Below are positions 24,869 through 32,935 of a stretch of 38,036 nt of DNA, one piece after another. The notes beneath the pieces were generated by a model, which saw nothing but the letters and a program-made list of their open reading frames with translations, ran no database searches and had not been told where the DNA came from. Position 1 is the stretch's first letter. The number at the start of each line of letters is the position of its first letter. Both the position numbers and the translations under genes were made by a program. The DNA is from Anaerovoracaceae bacterium (lineage in GTDB: Bacteria; Bacillota; Clostridia; Peptostreptococcales; Anaerovoracaceae), in assembly GCA_045116695.1 (NCBI GenBank), contig JBGUME010000020.1, positions 1-38,036 on the forward strand, given 5' to 3'.

Positions 24869-25737
24869 CCTCCCATTAAAGTGAAAAATGATTGTTTATT
24901 TTGCACCGGTACAACCTGCTCTTTTTGAAGAGCTTCGGTTGGAGGATCAAGCCTGTAAACAAAATCCGGTTGCTTTTCCTCAATAAGATTAAATAACAAT
25001 AGGCCTGTAGCAAATGCATCAGATAAAGCGCTATGTTTCTGCACCATAGGTATTCTGTAATAGTCACATAGGGAAGACAAAGAATAATCAATAACCTCAT
25101 CCTTCTTTATAAGCCTATGTGCCTGTTCGAGAGTATCTATATATTTTCTCTTAACGTCCAGTACTTTACTTCCGGAATAAAAAATAAATTTAAGATCAAA
25201 TTCAAGGTTGTGTGCTACCAGCATAGATTTACCAATGAATTTATCAAAAGAAGGGAGTATTTGACCGATCAGAGGAGCAGAAGCTACCATATCATCCGTA
25301 ATATGATTTATCTTTGAAGCCTCTACAGGAATAGATCGCTCCGGATTAACAAAAGAATGATATTTTTCTATAGGTTCCCCATCATGATATTTAATAGCTG
25401 CCAGTTCAATGATTCTATCCTTACTTGGTGCGAGGCCGGTAGTCTCAGTATCAAACACCACAATATCTGAATAGGATCCTTTTGGAGTGATATTTGCAAA
25501 ATCAAAAGACTCATACCTTTTCTGACGAGCATATGGATCCTCGGAAAGTGATATTTCATATTCCGGAAGATAGCGTATCCATGCCGCCATTTTTGCCTTC
25601 TTTTCATTATCAATCTGTTCCTGGCGCTTTTTGCGCTCCTCTACATCCCTGATATGTTTTGAACAGCTGGCACAGTATCCGACTTCATCGAGATGCCCAA
25701 ATATAATTCTACGCCCACATAATAAACATTTACCCAT
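24865..25737 (-). CDS. DEDDh (DnaQ-like) 3'-5' exonuclease with an N-terminal zinc ribbon
   Basis: CLLCGRR...YCASC. ExoI VVFDTETTGL, ExoII AHNLEFDLKF, ExoIII HSALSDAFAT. ATGA overlap with int. Confidence 0.8.
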   Translation of the reverse strand: MGKCLLCGRRIIFGHLDEVGYCASCSKHIRDVEERKKRQEQIDNEKKAKMAAWIRYLPEYEISLSEDPYARQKRYESFDFANITPKGSYSDIVVFDTETTGLAPSKDRIIELAAIKYHDGEPIEKYHSFVNPERSIPVEASKINHITDDMVASAPLIGQILPSFDKFIGKSMLVAHNLEFDLKFIFYSGSKVLDVKRKYIDTLEQAHRLIKKDEVIDYSLSSLCDYYRIPMVQKHSALSDAFATGLLLFNLIEEKQPDFVYRLDPPTEALQKEQVVPVQNKQSFFTLMGG

Positions 25738-25748
25738 AACAGGCCTCC

Positions 25749-26084
25749 TTATCCTGCCCTACTTGATGACTGTAAACCTGTATCTTGCCTTTTGACGCCT
25801 AATGCGCCCGCTATCATATCCTTTGCGTCATCTGATTTTAGACGATAAGCTCTAATAATATCCATTTCTTCCTGAGATAAAATCATCCCGGCAGCAGGCT
25901 CAGATCCGGTCATCAAGTATTCCATTGAAACATTAAAATAATCAGCTAAAATTTTCAGTCTCATAGCAGATATCGTATCCGTTCTTGACTTTTTAATTGA
26001 TGCATTGCTAAATCCCAGTTCCTTTTCCAATTTTGAAAAATTAGTCTTACGGAGCTCACATAGAGCCTTAAGTCGTTCTAACAT
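25749..26084 (-). CDS. XRE-family HTH repressor (cI-like)
   Basis: LKALCELRKTNFSKLEKELGFSNASIKKSR is an HTH. It is divergent from the cro-like gene. ATG 26084 is the preferred start. Confidence 0.75.
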   Translation of the reverse strand: MLERLKALCELRKTNFSKLEKELGFSNASIKKSRTDTISAMRLKILADYFNVSMEYLMTGSEPAAGMILSQEEMDIIRAYRLKSDDAKDMIAGALGVKRQDTGLQSSSRAG

Positions 26085-26110
26085 AATTAGTCCCCAATCT
26101 AATTTTATTG

Positions 26111-26139
26111 TTGACAAATAGATTGCAGGCTATTATTAT
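26111..26139 (+). promoter_or_regulatory. Candidate early rightward promoter (TTGACA-17 nt-TATTAT)
   Basis: 6/6 match at -35, 17-nt spacer, 4/6 match at -10. It overlaps an operator-like repeat. Confidence 0.4.
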
Positions 26140-26281
26140 AAGGTCATGGGGTAGCCCACAGGCTAATAATAATAGACTACAGTTAAAATTATCTCACACT
26201 TTAATTTTAGACTATAGGCTAATACATATCAACCACAAGATGTGCTGCCCCATATCTACATATAGTGAAAGGAGGCTCAAG

Positions 26282-26467
26282 ATGATAAACGTTGAATTGA
26301 TCAAGGAAAAAGCAGAGGCACTGGGAATGAATATCTCGCAGCTTGAAACAAAGGCAGATATAGCCAATGGCGTAATTGGAAAATGGAAAACTGCTTCACC
26401 TAAGATCGAAACAGTGTTAAAGGTGGCCAAGGTACTTGGATGCACCGTTGATGAACTAATGATATAG
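26282..26467 (+). CDS. Cro-like XRE-family HTH protein (61 aa)
   Basis: AAAGGAGG RBS. The HTH is MNISQLETKADIANGVIGKWK. It is divergent from the repressor. Confidence 0.7.
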   Translation: MINVELIKEKAEALGMNISQLETKADIANGVIGKWKTASPKIETVLKVAKVLGCTVDELMI

Positions 26468-26492
26468 CAAGGAAGATTGAGAGGAGAAGGTT

Positions 26493-26729
26493 ATGGAAGT
26501 GAAGAGCTTCAGGGAGTATGAAGGTCGCAAAACTATCTACGGGGTTACAGGGACAACCCGCCCGTCTGATGCAATTAACGCAGTCATCAAGAAAAAGAAA
26601 GAAAACACCAACAGATTCATAGAATACAATACCAGGTCCGGAGTCATAGCTCCGTTCGGAGACGACAAGATCGGATTATACAAGAAGGGCGATGCAACCG
26701 GAGAAAACTGCATCATGGTATGGAGGTAG
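26493..26729 (+). CDS. Hypothetical protein
   Basis: GAGAGGAGAAGG RBS. 78 aa. Confidence 0.5.
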   Translation: MEVKSFREYEGRKTIYGVTGTTRPSDAINAVIKKKKENTNRFIEYNTRSGVIAPFGDDKIGLYKKGDATGENCIMVWR

Positions 26730-26732
26730 ACA

Positions 26733-26963
26733 ATGCCGAGAGTCAAGATAGGAATCAATGAAAAAGACCAGGGAATACTGATAGCAGTCAACAAGTACAT
26801 GCTGATACAGGACTGGAGCATGAAGGACCTGGCCCGCGTGACCTGCATACCTAAGAGCACGCTGAGCAAAGCCCTGAAGGATATGTCTTATCTGAAGATA
26901 TACCAGCTGAGACTTATCTATGATGCGCTCCGGGTACCGGCAGATGAAAGGGTAGGGTTGTAA
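26733..26963 (+). CDS. Putative HTH DNA-binding protein
   Basis: WSMKDLARVTCIPKSTLSKALK is HTH-like. Confidence 0.5.
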   Translation: MPRVKIGINEKDQGILIAVNKYMLIQDWSMKDLARVTCIPKSTLSKALKDMSYLKIYQLRLIYDALRVPADERVGL

Positions 26964-27157
26964 TGGATGGATTAACAATCATGATCATTATCGCATCCGC
27001 TATGTTGGTCTTCGCAGTGGCCGAAGCCATGAGGCTGGTAGCGATTGAAATAATTGAAGGGATACAGGAAAGGAGGAGAAGATGCAGAAGGCGAAGAGGG
27101 TACCGACGAGGATCCACTGTCGTAAGATCGACCGTGAAGTGGCACGACATGCGATGA
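26963..27157 (+). CDS. Small membrane protein (uncertain)
   Basis: TAATG coupling to the upstream gene and an N-terminal TM. The Arg-rich tail overlaps the next better-supported ORF and looks out of frame. Confidence 0.3.
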   Translation: MDGLTIMIIIASAMLVFAVAEAMRLVAIEIIEGIQERRRRCRRRRGYRRGSTVVRSTVKWHDMR

Positions 27158-27225
27158 AGAAACAGCGCATTCCGAAGCCAAACAAGAGACTGTCCGCCAA
27201 CTGGCGGCTATTCGCAGAAAACTAA
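27082..27225 (+). CDS. Basic 47-aa protein
   Basis: AGGAGGAGAAG RBS directly before the ATG. Too short for the ORF track. Confidence 0.35.
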   Translation: MQKAKRVPTRIHCRKIDREVARHAMKKQRIPKPNKRLSANWRLFAEN

Positions 27226-27241
27226 GAGAGGAGTATGAACG

Positions 27242-27418
27242 ATGGAGGTAAAAGGTTTCAGAGTAAGAAGCGGTAAGGGGAGCAGAGACATCTGCATGAT
27301 TTCATCTGAGGATGTGGCCAACTATGTGATCGAGCACTACGAGAGCGGCAAGACAGATGAAATAGTAGTTAAACCTATCGTTGATGAAGAACCGGCTCTC
27401 AGAGAGCGGTATGTGTAA
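27242..27418 (+). CDS. Hypothetical 58-aa protein
   Basis: AGAGGAG lies 9 nt upstream. The MEVKGF start resembles that of ORF 26493 (MEVKSF). Confidence 0.4.
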   Translation: MEVKGFRVRSGKGSRDICMISSEDVANYVIEHYESGKTDEIVVKPIVDEEPALRERYV

Positions 27419-27434
27419 CGGGAGGGAGAACAAC

Positions 27435-28151
27435 ATGAATGAAATTCAGATCTTTAACAATGAGGAGTTCGGAGATATCCGGACAGTAGAGATAAACGGC
27501 GAGCCGTGGTTTGTAGCCGGTGATATAGCAAAAGCTCTCGGATACAGAATGGCCAGCGACATGACTCGCAGAATCGATGAAGAAGACAAAGGATACGCAA
27601 AATTGCGTACCCAGGGCGGCGAGCAGGAAATGAGCATTATAAATGAGAGTGGATTATATGCCGGTGTATTTTGTAGCAGTTTAAACAGTGCCAAGAAGTT
27701 CAAACACTGGGTAACATCCGAGGTCCTTCCGTCCATAAGGAAGACCGGAGGCTATAATCTGCCGCAAACATACGCGGACGCGCTCCGGGCCCTGGCGGAT
27801 CAGGCGGAACAGACCGAGAAGCTGCGTCTTGAAAACAGCGAGATGAAACCGAAGGCCGACTTCTTTGATGCGGTCGCCGGAAGCAAACAGGCCATATCCC
27901 TGGGAGATGTGGCCAAGATCCTCAACTATCCGAAGATAGGCAGGAATAAGCTCTTCGAGATACTGAGAGATCAGAACATATTACAGAACGACAATATTCC
28001 ATATCAGAAATATATCGATGCCGGATACTTCCGTGTTATAGAGCAGAAGTACAACGCGGGCGACGAAGTGAGAATCAGCTTCAAGACACTCGTATATCAG
28101 AAGGGCGTTGATTATATCCGTAAAACATTGAACCAGGTGGTAGCAGCATGA
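27435..28151 (+). CDS. Phage antirepressor (Bro-N + KilAC/ANT domains)
   Basis: IQIFNNEEFGDIRTVEINGEPWFVAGDIAKALGY (Bro-N). C-terminal FFDAVAGSKQAISLGDVAKIL...GRNKLFEILR (KilAC). Confidence 0.8.
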   Translation: MNEIQIFNNEEFGDIRTVEINGEPWFVAGDIAKALGYRMASDMTRRIDEEDKGYAKLRTQGGEQEMSIINESGLYAGVFCSSLNSAKKFKHWVTSEVLPSIRKTGGYNLPQTYADALRALADQAEQTEKLRLENSEMKPKADFFDAVAGSKQAISLGDVAKILNYPKIGRNKLFEILRDQNILQNDNIPYQKYIDAGYFRVIEQKYNAGDEVRISFKTLVYQKGVDYIRKTLNQVVAA

Positions 28152-28414
28152 GAGACAACATAGAAGAGATCGTATCAGGCACCAAACAGACAGGATATTT
28201 GAAAACACGGCATACAAAGGTCAGCACTCTCAGCAAAGAGTGGAAGTACTATATTCCGCTTGATTTTGAAGAGAATAAGCTTGTCGAGTTCAGATACTTC
28301 AACGGCCGGATCTACGGTGACATCATTGAGAAGCTTGGCCTGATTGAAGATATCCTTGAGGTCATTTCCATCGACCAGCTGATGGCCCTGGTAAAGACGA
28401 AGAGGAGAAGATGA
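28148..28414 (+). CDS. Hypothetical protein
   Basis: 88 aa, ATGA overlap with the upstream gene. Confidence 0.5.
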   Translation: MRDNIEEIVSGTKQTGYLKTRHTKVSTLSKEWKYYIPLDFEENKLVEFRYFNGRIYGDIIEKLGLIEDILEVISIDQLMALVKTKRRR

Positions 28415-28415
28415 T

Positions 28416-29201
28416 ATGGGAAGAGGCAAATTCTACTGGCTCAAGCTCGATAAAGACTTCTTCAAGCGCCACGACATTAAGATCATCGAGTCGATGCCAA
28501 ACGGGAAGGATTATATCCTGTTCTATCTCAAGCTCCTGTGTGAGAGCCTCGATCATGATGGCAGCCTCAGATTCAATGACCAGATTCCATATAACGAAGA
28601 TATGCTGGCCACAATTACGAACACAAATCCGGACACGGTCCGGAGTGCTATCAAGGTCTTCTCTGAATTAAAGATGATCGAGATTTTGGATGATGGAACA
28701 TACTTCATGAATGCGGTCAATAAGATGATCGGATCAGAGACGAAGTGGGCGGGATATAAAAGAGACCAGAGATACAAGACTGTTGAAGTCAATAAGTCAA
28801 TAGAGCAAAACGAGCCTGCAAGAATTGGACAATGTCCAACAGATGTCCAACAGGAGTCCAAAAATTGTCCAAGAGAGATAGATATAGAGATAGAGAAAGA
28901 GATAGAGATAGATAGAGAGATAGAGAACACGCGCGTGAGGCTCGGAATATATAACAATGTCCAGCTGACCAAGGGCGAGCTCAATGAACTTATGAGGATC
29001 TATCCAAACGACTACCAGGACATGATCGAGAACCTGTCCACATATATGAGGTCCAAGGGCAAGTACTACGAAGACCACTACGCGACCATGATGGCATGGA
29101 AGCGCCGCGACGAAGCCAAGGCCAAGGAAGAAAAGAAGCCCGGAAACTACTGGGATGAGTTCGACAAGCTGAAGGAGGAACTTAAGAATGACGAAGGATG
29201 A
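28416..29201 (+). CDS. Phage replisome organizer (N-terminal domain family)
   Basis: FYWLKLDKDFFKRHDIKIIESMPNGKDYILFYLKLLCES is typical of Phage_rep_org_N. The gene contains an internal iteron array. Confidence 0.7.
   Translation: MGRGKFYWLKLDKDFFKRHDIKIIESMPNGKDYILFYLKLLCESLDHDGSLRFNDQIPYNEDMLATITNTNPDTVRSAIKVFSELKMIEILDDGTYFMNAVNKMIGSETKWAGYKRDQRYKTVEVNKSIEQNEPARIGQCPTDVQQESKNCPREIDIEIEKEIEIDREIENTRVRLGIYNNVQLTKGELNELMRIYPNDYQDMIENLSTYMRSKGKYYEDHYATMMAWKRRDEAKAKEEKKPGNYWDEFDKLKEELKNDEG
28825..28926 (+). repeat. Candidate origin of replication: phased GTCCAA iterons plus GAGATAGA-type repeats
   Basis: TTGGACAATGTCCAA palindrome. GTCCAA occurs at 28834, 28845, 28856 and 28867, an exact 11-bp period. 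A reiterated AGAGATAGA tract follows at 28873-28926. Confidence 0.55.
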
Positions 29202-29490
29202 GACCATGAACCTGATCACAAAGATAAGAGCATACTTCCCTTCATGGAATCCCAAGGTCTCGCCGCGTGAGCTCCTGGAGACATGGTTTGATGGCCTGCG
29301 TAAATATGAGATCGCTGCAGTCGAGGATATGCTCGAAAAATACATACAGTCGGATGAATCCGGATATGCTCCGGCCATAAGTCAGCTTATTCCGAAGCAG
29401 AACAAGAACGGCTTCACCGGAAGGATATATTCTCATGCTGATTTTGTCGAGATGGAGAAGGCCGCACTGGCAGATCTGAGAGGTAGCTGA
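29188..29490 (+). CDS. G39P-like replicative helicase loader (tentative)
   Basis: 100 aa directly after the organizer. ITKIRAYFPSWNP...WFDGLRKYEIAAVEDMLEKY...YAPAISQLI resembles the loader-and-inhibitor-of-G40P family. Confidence 0.45.
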   Translation: MTKDETMNLITKIRAYFPSWNPKVSPRELLETWFDGLRKYEIAAVEDMLEKYIQSDESGYAPAISQLIPKQNKNGFTGRIYSHADFVEMEKAALADLRGS

Positions 29491-29491
29491 C

Positions 29492-29695
29492 ATGAACATA
29501 CCGAACGACATAGAGATAGTATTCGAGGATTACTGCCAGGACTGCTGCAAAAGCGATCCTGTGATCATATCCCGCGAGATAGGACTTGAAGACAATCAGC
29601 GCACTATACAACGGATCAGCTGCAACAATATATCGATCTGTCAGAAGGTCCGGAGCATGGCAGCGATTGAAGAAGTAAAGGAACCGTTCAAATGA
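29492..29695 (+). CDS. Hypothetical Cys-containing protein
   Basis: 67 aa, tightly packed between neighbouring genes. Confidence 0.4.
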   Translation: MNIPNDIEIVFEDYCQDCCKSDPVIISREIGLEDNQRTIQRISCNNISICQKVRSMAAIEEVKEPFK

Positions 29696-30138
29696 GCGAA
29701 GAAGTAAATCTCTACATCAAGACATCCAGGGAGAGTCCGAAGCCCGGAGCAGGATCCTACATAGCAATCCTGGAGGCAACGACTGAATCCGGCAAGACCG
29801 GAACCCTGACACTTAAAAAACAATATGACCAGATCACTCCGCATCAGCTGGAGCTTAATGCCATAAACGATGCGTTGCACCGGTTCAAAAGACATGTTGA
29901 GGTCAAGATCCATTCAGAACATGGCTGGTTTGAGACCATCAGAACACGGGGCTGGTTTGAAAAGTGGCAGAAGAACAGCTGGTTCGTGAAGGGCAAGCGG
30001 GCAGCAGGCGCGGAAGTACTTGAAGAGATATGGATGCTTGAGCATGTATGCGGCATCACCATATTGAGTACGGACAAGGACCTGGGAACATTCAAGACCT
30101 GGCTTGACGCGGAGATCGAGAGAGGGGAGACAAGATGA
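29692..30138 (+). CDS. RNase H-like protein (RNase HI fold, catalytic Asp apparently substituted)
   Basis: By-eye alignment to E. coli RNase HI: GAGSYIAIL, QLELNAINDAL (E48 kept), WFEKWQKNSW. D10 aligns to K and D70 aligns to E. Confidence 0.55.
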   Translation: MSEEVNLYIKTSRESPKPGAGSYIAILEATTESGKTGTLTLKKQYDQITPHQLELNAINDALHRFKRHVEVKIHSEHGWFETIRTRGWFEKWQKNSWFVKGKRAAGAEVLEEIWMLEHVCGITILSTDKDLGTFKTWLDAEIERGETR

Positions 30139-30443
30139 AGAGCATCATTCCACAGGAAGATGGGACATGCTGGTTATGTCAGAGGCTTGAGCTCAATCCG
30201 AGATACTTCCGGAAGGGAGAACTCGACACTCATCATGTATTCTACGGCACGGCCAACAGAAGACAGTCCGAGAAGTACGGCCTTAAGGTCAAGCTATGCA
30301 AGGATCATCATACTGACGGCAAGAAGGCAGTACACAGGGATCCCATCACAGACGATTACCTCAAGAGATATTCTCAGAAGCTTTTTGAGGAGAAGTACTC
30401 ACATGAGAAGTTTGTGGAGGTATTCGGAAAATCATGGTTATGA
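30135..30443 (+). CDS. Zinc-binding HNH-like protein
   Basis: CWLC...THHVFYGTANRRQSEKYGLKVKLCKDHH fits a His-Me finger pattern. Confidence 0.4.
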   Translation: MKSIIPQEDGTCWLCQRLELNPRYFRKGELDTHHVFYGTANRRQSEKYGLKVKLCKDHHTDGKKAVHRDPITDDYLKRYSQKLFEEKYSHEKFVEVFGKSWL

Positions 30444-30581
30444 ACCGGCGACCAGCTGGGCCGGTCCATATAGGGTTGAAACACCTGGCGAGAGCCAAAA
30501 GAAACCGCTGGTACCTGTATCACAATATTATAAGCCATTTCAAGGGTCCCGGTTCCGGCCGGGATCCGGAAGGGGAGAGCA

Positions 30582-30911
30582 ATGCAAGCAAAATATCACT
30601 ATAACCTCTATCATCCGGACGGGCATATAGTCGGCGTTGATGTGACTCGTTCGGAGATAGCCAAGCTCATAGGATGCCCGGAGGACTCGGTAAATCAGAA
30701 GCTCAGACATATGGCAAGAGGGCAGAAAGCCAAGCTTCACCAGTACAACATAGAATGCATCCTTGACAGAACAGATCCTCCGGAAAATAAAGCAGCGAAA
30801 AATCTGCTCATGCTGGAATGGGATAAAACAGTCGCGCCATTCAGGAAATTGGCAGAAAGGAGAACAACATGTACGACAGATTCGGAGAATTTGACTCCTG
30901 GGAAGAATTAA
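30582..30911 (+). CDS. Hypothetical protein (possible HTH)
   Basis: AGGGGAG RBS. RSEIAKLIGCPEDSVNQKLRHM is HTH-like. Confidence 0.45.
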   Translation: MQAKYHYNLYHPDGHIVGVDVTRSEIAKLIGCPEDSVNQKLRHMARGQKAKLHQYNIECILDRTDPPENKAAKNLLMLEWDKTVAPFRKLAERRTTCTTDSENLTPGKN

Positions 30912-31357
30912 ACCAGGCAGCCCAGGGCCAAAAAGAAGAAGGAGATGAAGAAGCCCTTCTCATACTGGCCAAGGAAAACGGCATCGACAAGGAAGATGCA
31001 GAAGATTATTTCGACGGAGCCATTCAGGAATTATGCACTCCGCTGACAGCTGCCTTCGGGAAGCTGCAGGTAGAAGATGATGATCTTAAGACCAAGGACA
31101 TCATGAAGGACTGGTGGAACTACATCATGACCTTGGTAGCAGCTGATGAGCAGATGGCCATAGCAGTCCGGAAAAAAGGTAAGAGCCTCAAGGGATGCAT
31201 CGGGGAGCTGCTTAAGTGGAGCTTCAACCATCAACAGCAGGTTGACAAGGATATCTTAAAGGCAGCAGGCGTATCAGCAAGCAAGGTCACGCTGGGTATT
31301 CCCGGAATGGGAACAGCCCACAAGATCATCAAAGAATATTACCTGGGAGGTAAGTAA
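30869..31357 (+). CDS. PcfK-like protein (tentative)
   Basis: AAAGGAG RBS. ...DEQMAIAVRKKGKSLKGCIGELLKW...IIKEYYLG resembles the PcfK-like pattern. It is paired with a PcfJ-like gene. Confidence 0.4.
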   Translation: MYDRFGEFDSWEELNQAAQGQKEEGDEEALLILAKENGIDKEDAEDYFDGAIQELCTPLTAAFGKLQVEDDDLKTKDIMKDWWNYIMTLVAADEQMAIAVRKKGKSLKGCIGELLKWSFNHQQQVDKDILKAAGVSASKVTLGIPGMGTAHKIIKEYYLGGK

Positions 31358-32926
31358 ATGGATCCGGAGAACATCAAATACCTTAAGCCGGTACCGAATA
31401 TATACGAGTACGGCCTCAAACAGATTACAGTAGCCCATATCTTTTACAAACGACGCGGAAACTATGCACACTGCCTCTGTAGTGAATGCGGAGCAGAATA
31501 TGAGATACGAACCACATCAACCGGAGATCCATTCCTGGACGATGCTGCCCGGATCGAGATGCCAAAGAGGGACGAAGAGACGAAGTGCCGGTCCTGTAAG
31601 ATTAAGGCAACCTATAAACCGGCCGGAAGCTTCGCGGCCGAATGGTACGAAGCCCATATTGTGACCGGAAAGAAGATAAGCGATACAGAATTTGTCTTCC
31701 GGGCCTTCTGGCTCAACAAAAAGATCATTAAGAACTGCAGGATGGCGTTCAGATGCGTAGAGATCCGGAGGATCTATCTGCAGAAGGGCAAGAAACCGAT
31801 CAGATTCTCACCAAGTTATTATGATGACAGCAAATGGTGCCAGGGAGGATCTGGAGACACATACAGATACAAGGTGCATCCTTCCACATTCAAGGAAATA
31901 GCCAAGACCGGGATGTTCAAGTATGTTCCGAGATGCGAAAAGATCGAGGACACATATTATGACGATTCATGGGTGATGGATTATTATATCGCGGCTGCGA
32001 GATATCCGGACATGGAGATGATCCTCAAACTGGGAATGGAAGAGCTGGCCGACGGACTTGTAAAGAAGTGGCCACTTAACTTCAATCCGAGGGGGAAAGA
32101 AATCCACAACCGTCTAAGGATAAATAAAGAGCACTTAAAGCTATTCATAGAGCAGAAGGGGAACCTTAAGACCTTAAGTCTCTTGCAGCTTGAGAAAAAA
32201 ACCGGACAGCATTGGAGCGACGAAGAGTTCCAGATCGTCAAAGATATCGTCGAGGGCAGCTATGACGGAATGGCAAAGCTTAAGACAGCCATTGAATATC
32301 CTTCACTCATAAAGCTCAGAAACTACTTCCGAAAGAAGGGCATCTACTACAAAGAAGAGAAGAACTACAGTGAAGCGTATAAGGCAAGGAATGAATACTT
32401 CGATTATCTGAATTTAAGGATAAAACTTGGATATGACATGACAAATGACATAATCATTTTCCCTAAGGACATCCACAGGAGACACAACGAAATGGTTCTC
32501 GAGAATGAGAAGGAAAAGTTTGCAATAAGGGAGAGAGAAGTCCGCAAAAAATATCCAAATATCGAGAAAAACTACAAGAAGTATTCGGATATATATGCAG
32601 CCGCGGCAGCAGGCTATATAATTCGCCCGGCCAAGGATGCAGCCGAGATCGTAGCTGAAGGAAGATATCTTCATCATTGCGTAGGTCTTGATACATATCT
32701 GTCAAAGCACAACAAGGGACAGAGCATTATCCTCTTTCTGAGAAAAGCTTCAGAGAAGGACATTCCCTTCATTACGATCGAGATCAAGGGAGACAAGATC
32801 ATTCAGTGGTACGGAGCATATGACAAGAAACCGGAGCCGGAGTACTTCCAAGCCTGGCTTGATACATACACCGAGGAGCTCCGGAAGCATAATCAGAAGC
32901 CCGAAAAGAAGAAAAAAACAGCATAG
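31358..32926 (+). CDS. PcfJ-like protein with N-terminal zinc ribbons (tentative)
   Basis: CLCSECG...CRSCK. The C-terminus GRYLHHCVGLDTYLSKHNKGQSIILFLR...PFITIEI...IIQWYGAYDK resembles the PcfJ-like domain. Confidence 0.5.
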   Translation: MDPENIKYLKPVPNIYEYGLKQITVAHIFYKRRGNYAHCLCSECGAEYEIRTTSTGDPFLDDAARIEMPKRDEETKCRSCKIKATYKPAGSFAAEWYEAHIVTGKKISDTEFVFRAFWLNKKIIKNCRMAFRCVEIRRIYLQKGKKPIRFSPSYYDDSKWCQGGSGDTYRYKVHPSTFKEIAKTGMFKYVPRCEKIEDTYYDDSWVMDYYIAAARYPDMEMILKLGMEELADGLVKKWPLNFNPRGKEIHNRLRINKEHLKLFIEQKGNLKTLSLLQLEKKTGQHWSDEEFQIVKDIVEGSYDGMAKLKTAIEYPSLIKLRNYFRKKGIYYKEEKNYSEAYKARNEYFDYLNLRIKLGYDMTNDIIIFPKDIHRRHNEMVLENEKEKFAIREREVRKKYPNIEKNYKKYSDIYAAAAAGYIIRPAKDAAEIVAEGRYLHHCVGLDTYLSKHNKGQSIILFLRKASEKDIPFITIEIKGDKIIQWYGAYDKKPEPEYFQAWLDTYTEELRKHNQKPEKKKKTA

Positions 32927-32935
32927 GAGGGAAAC

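Noticed and set aside
28873-28926. Short GAGATAGA-type repeats considered as a CRISPR or minisatellite
   Set aside because: The repeats are 8-9 bp, contiguous, lack spacers and lie inside an intact reading frame. They fit replication iterons or a low-complexity linker better.
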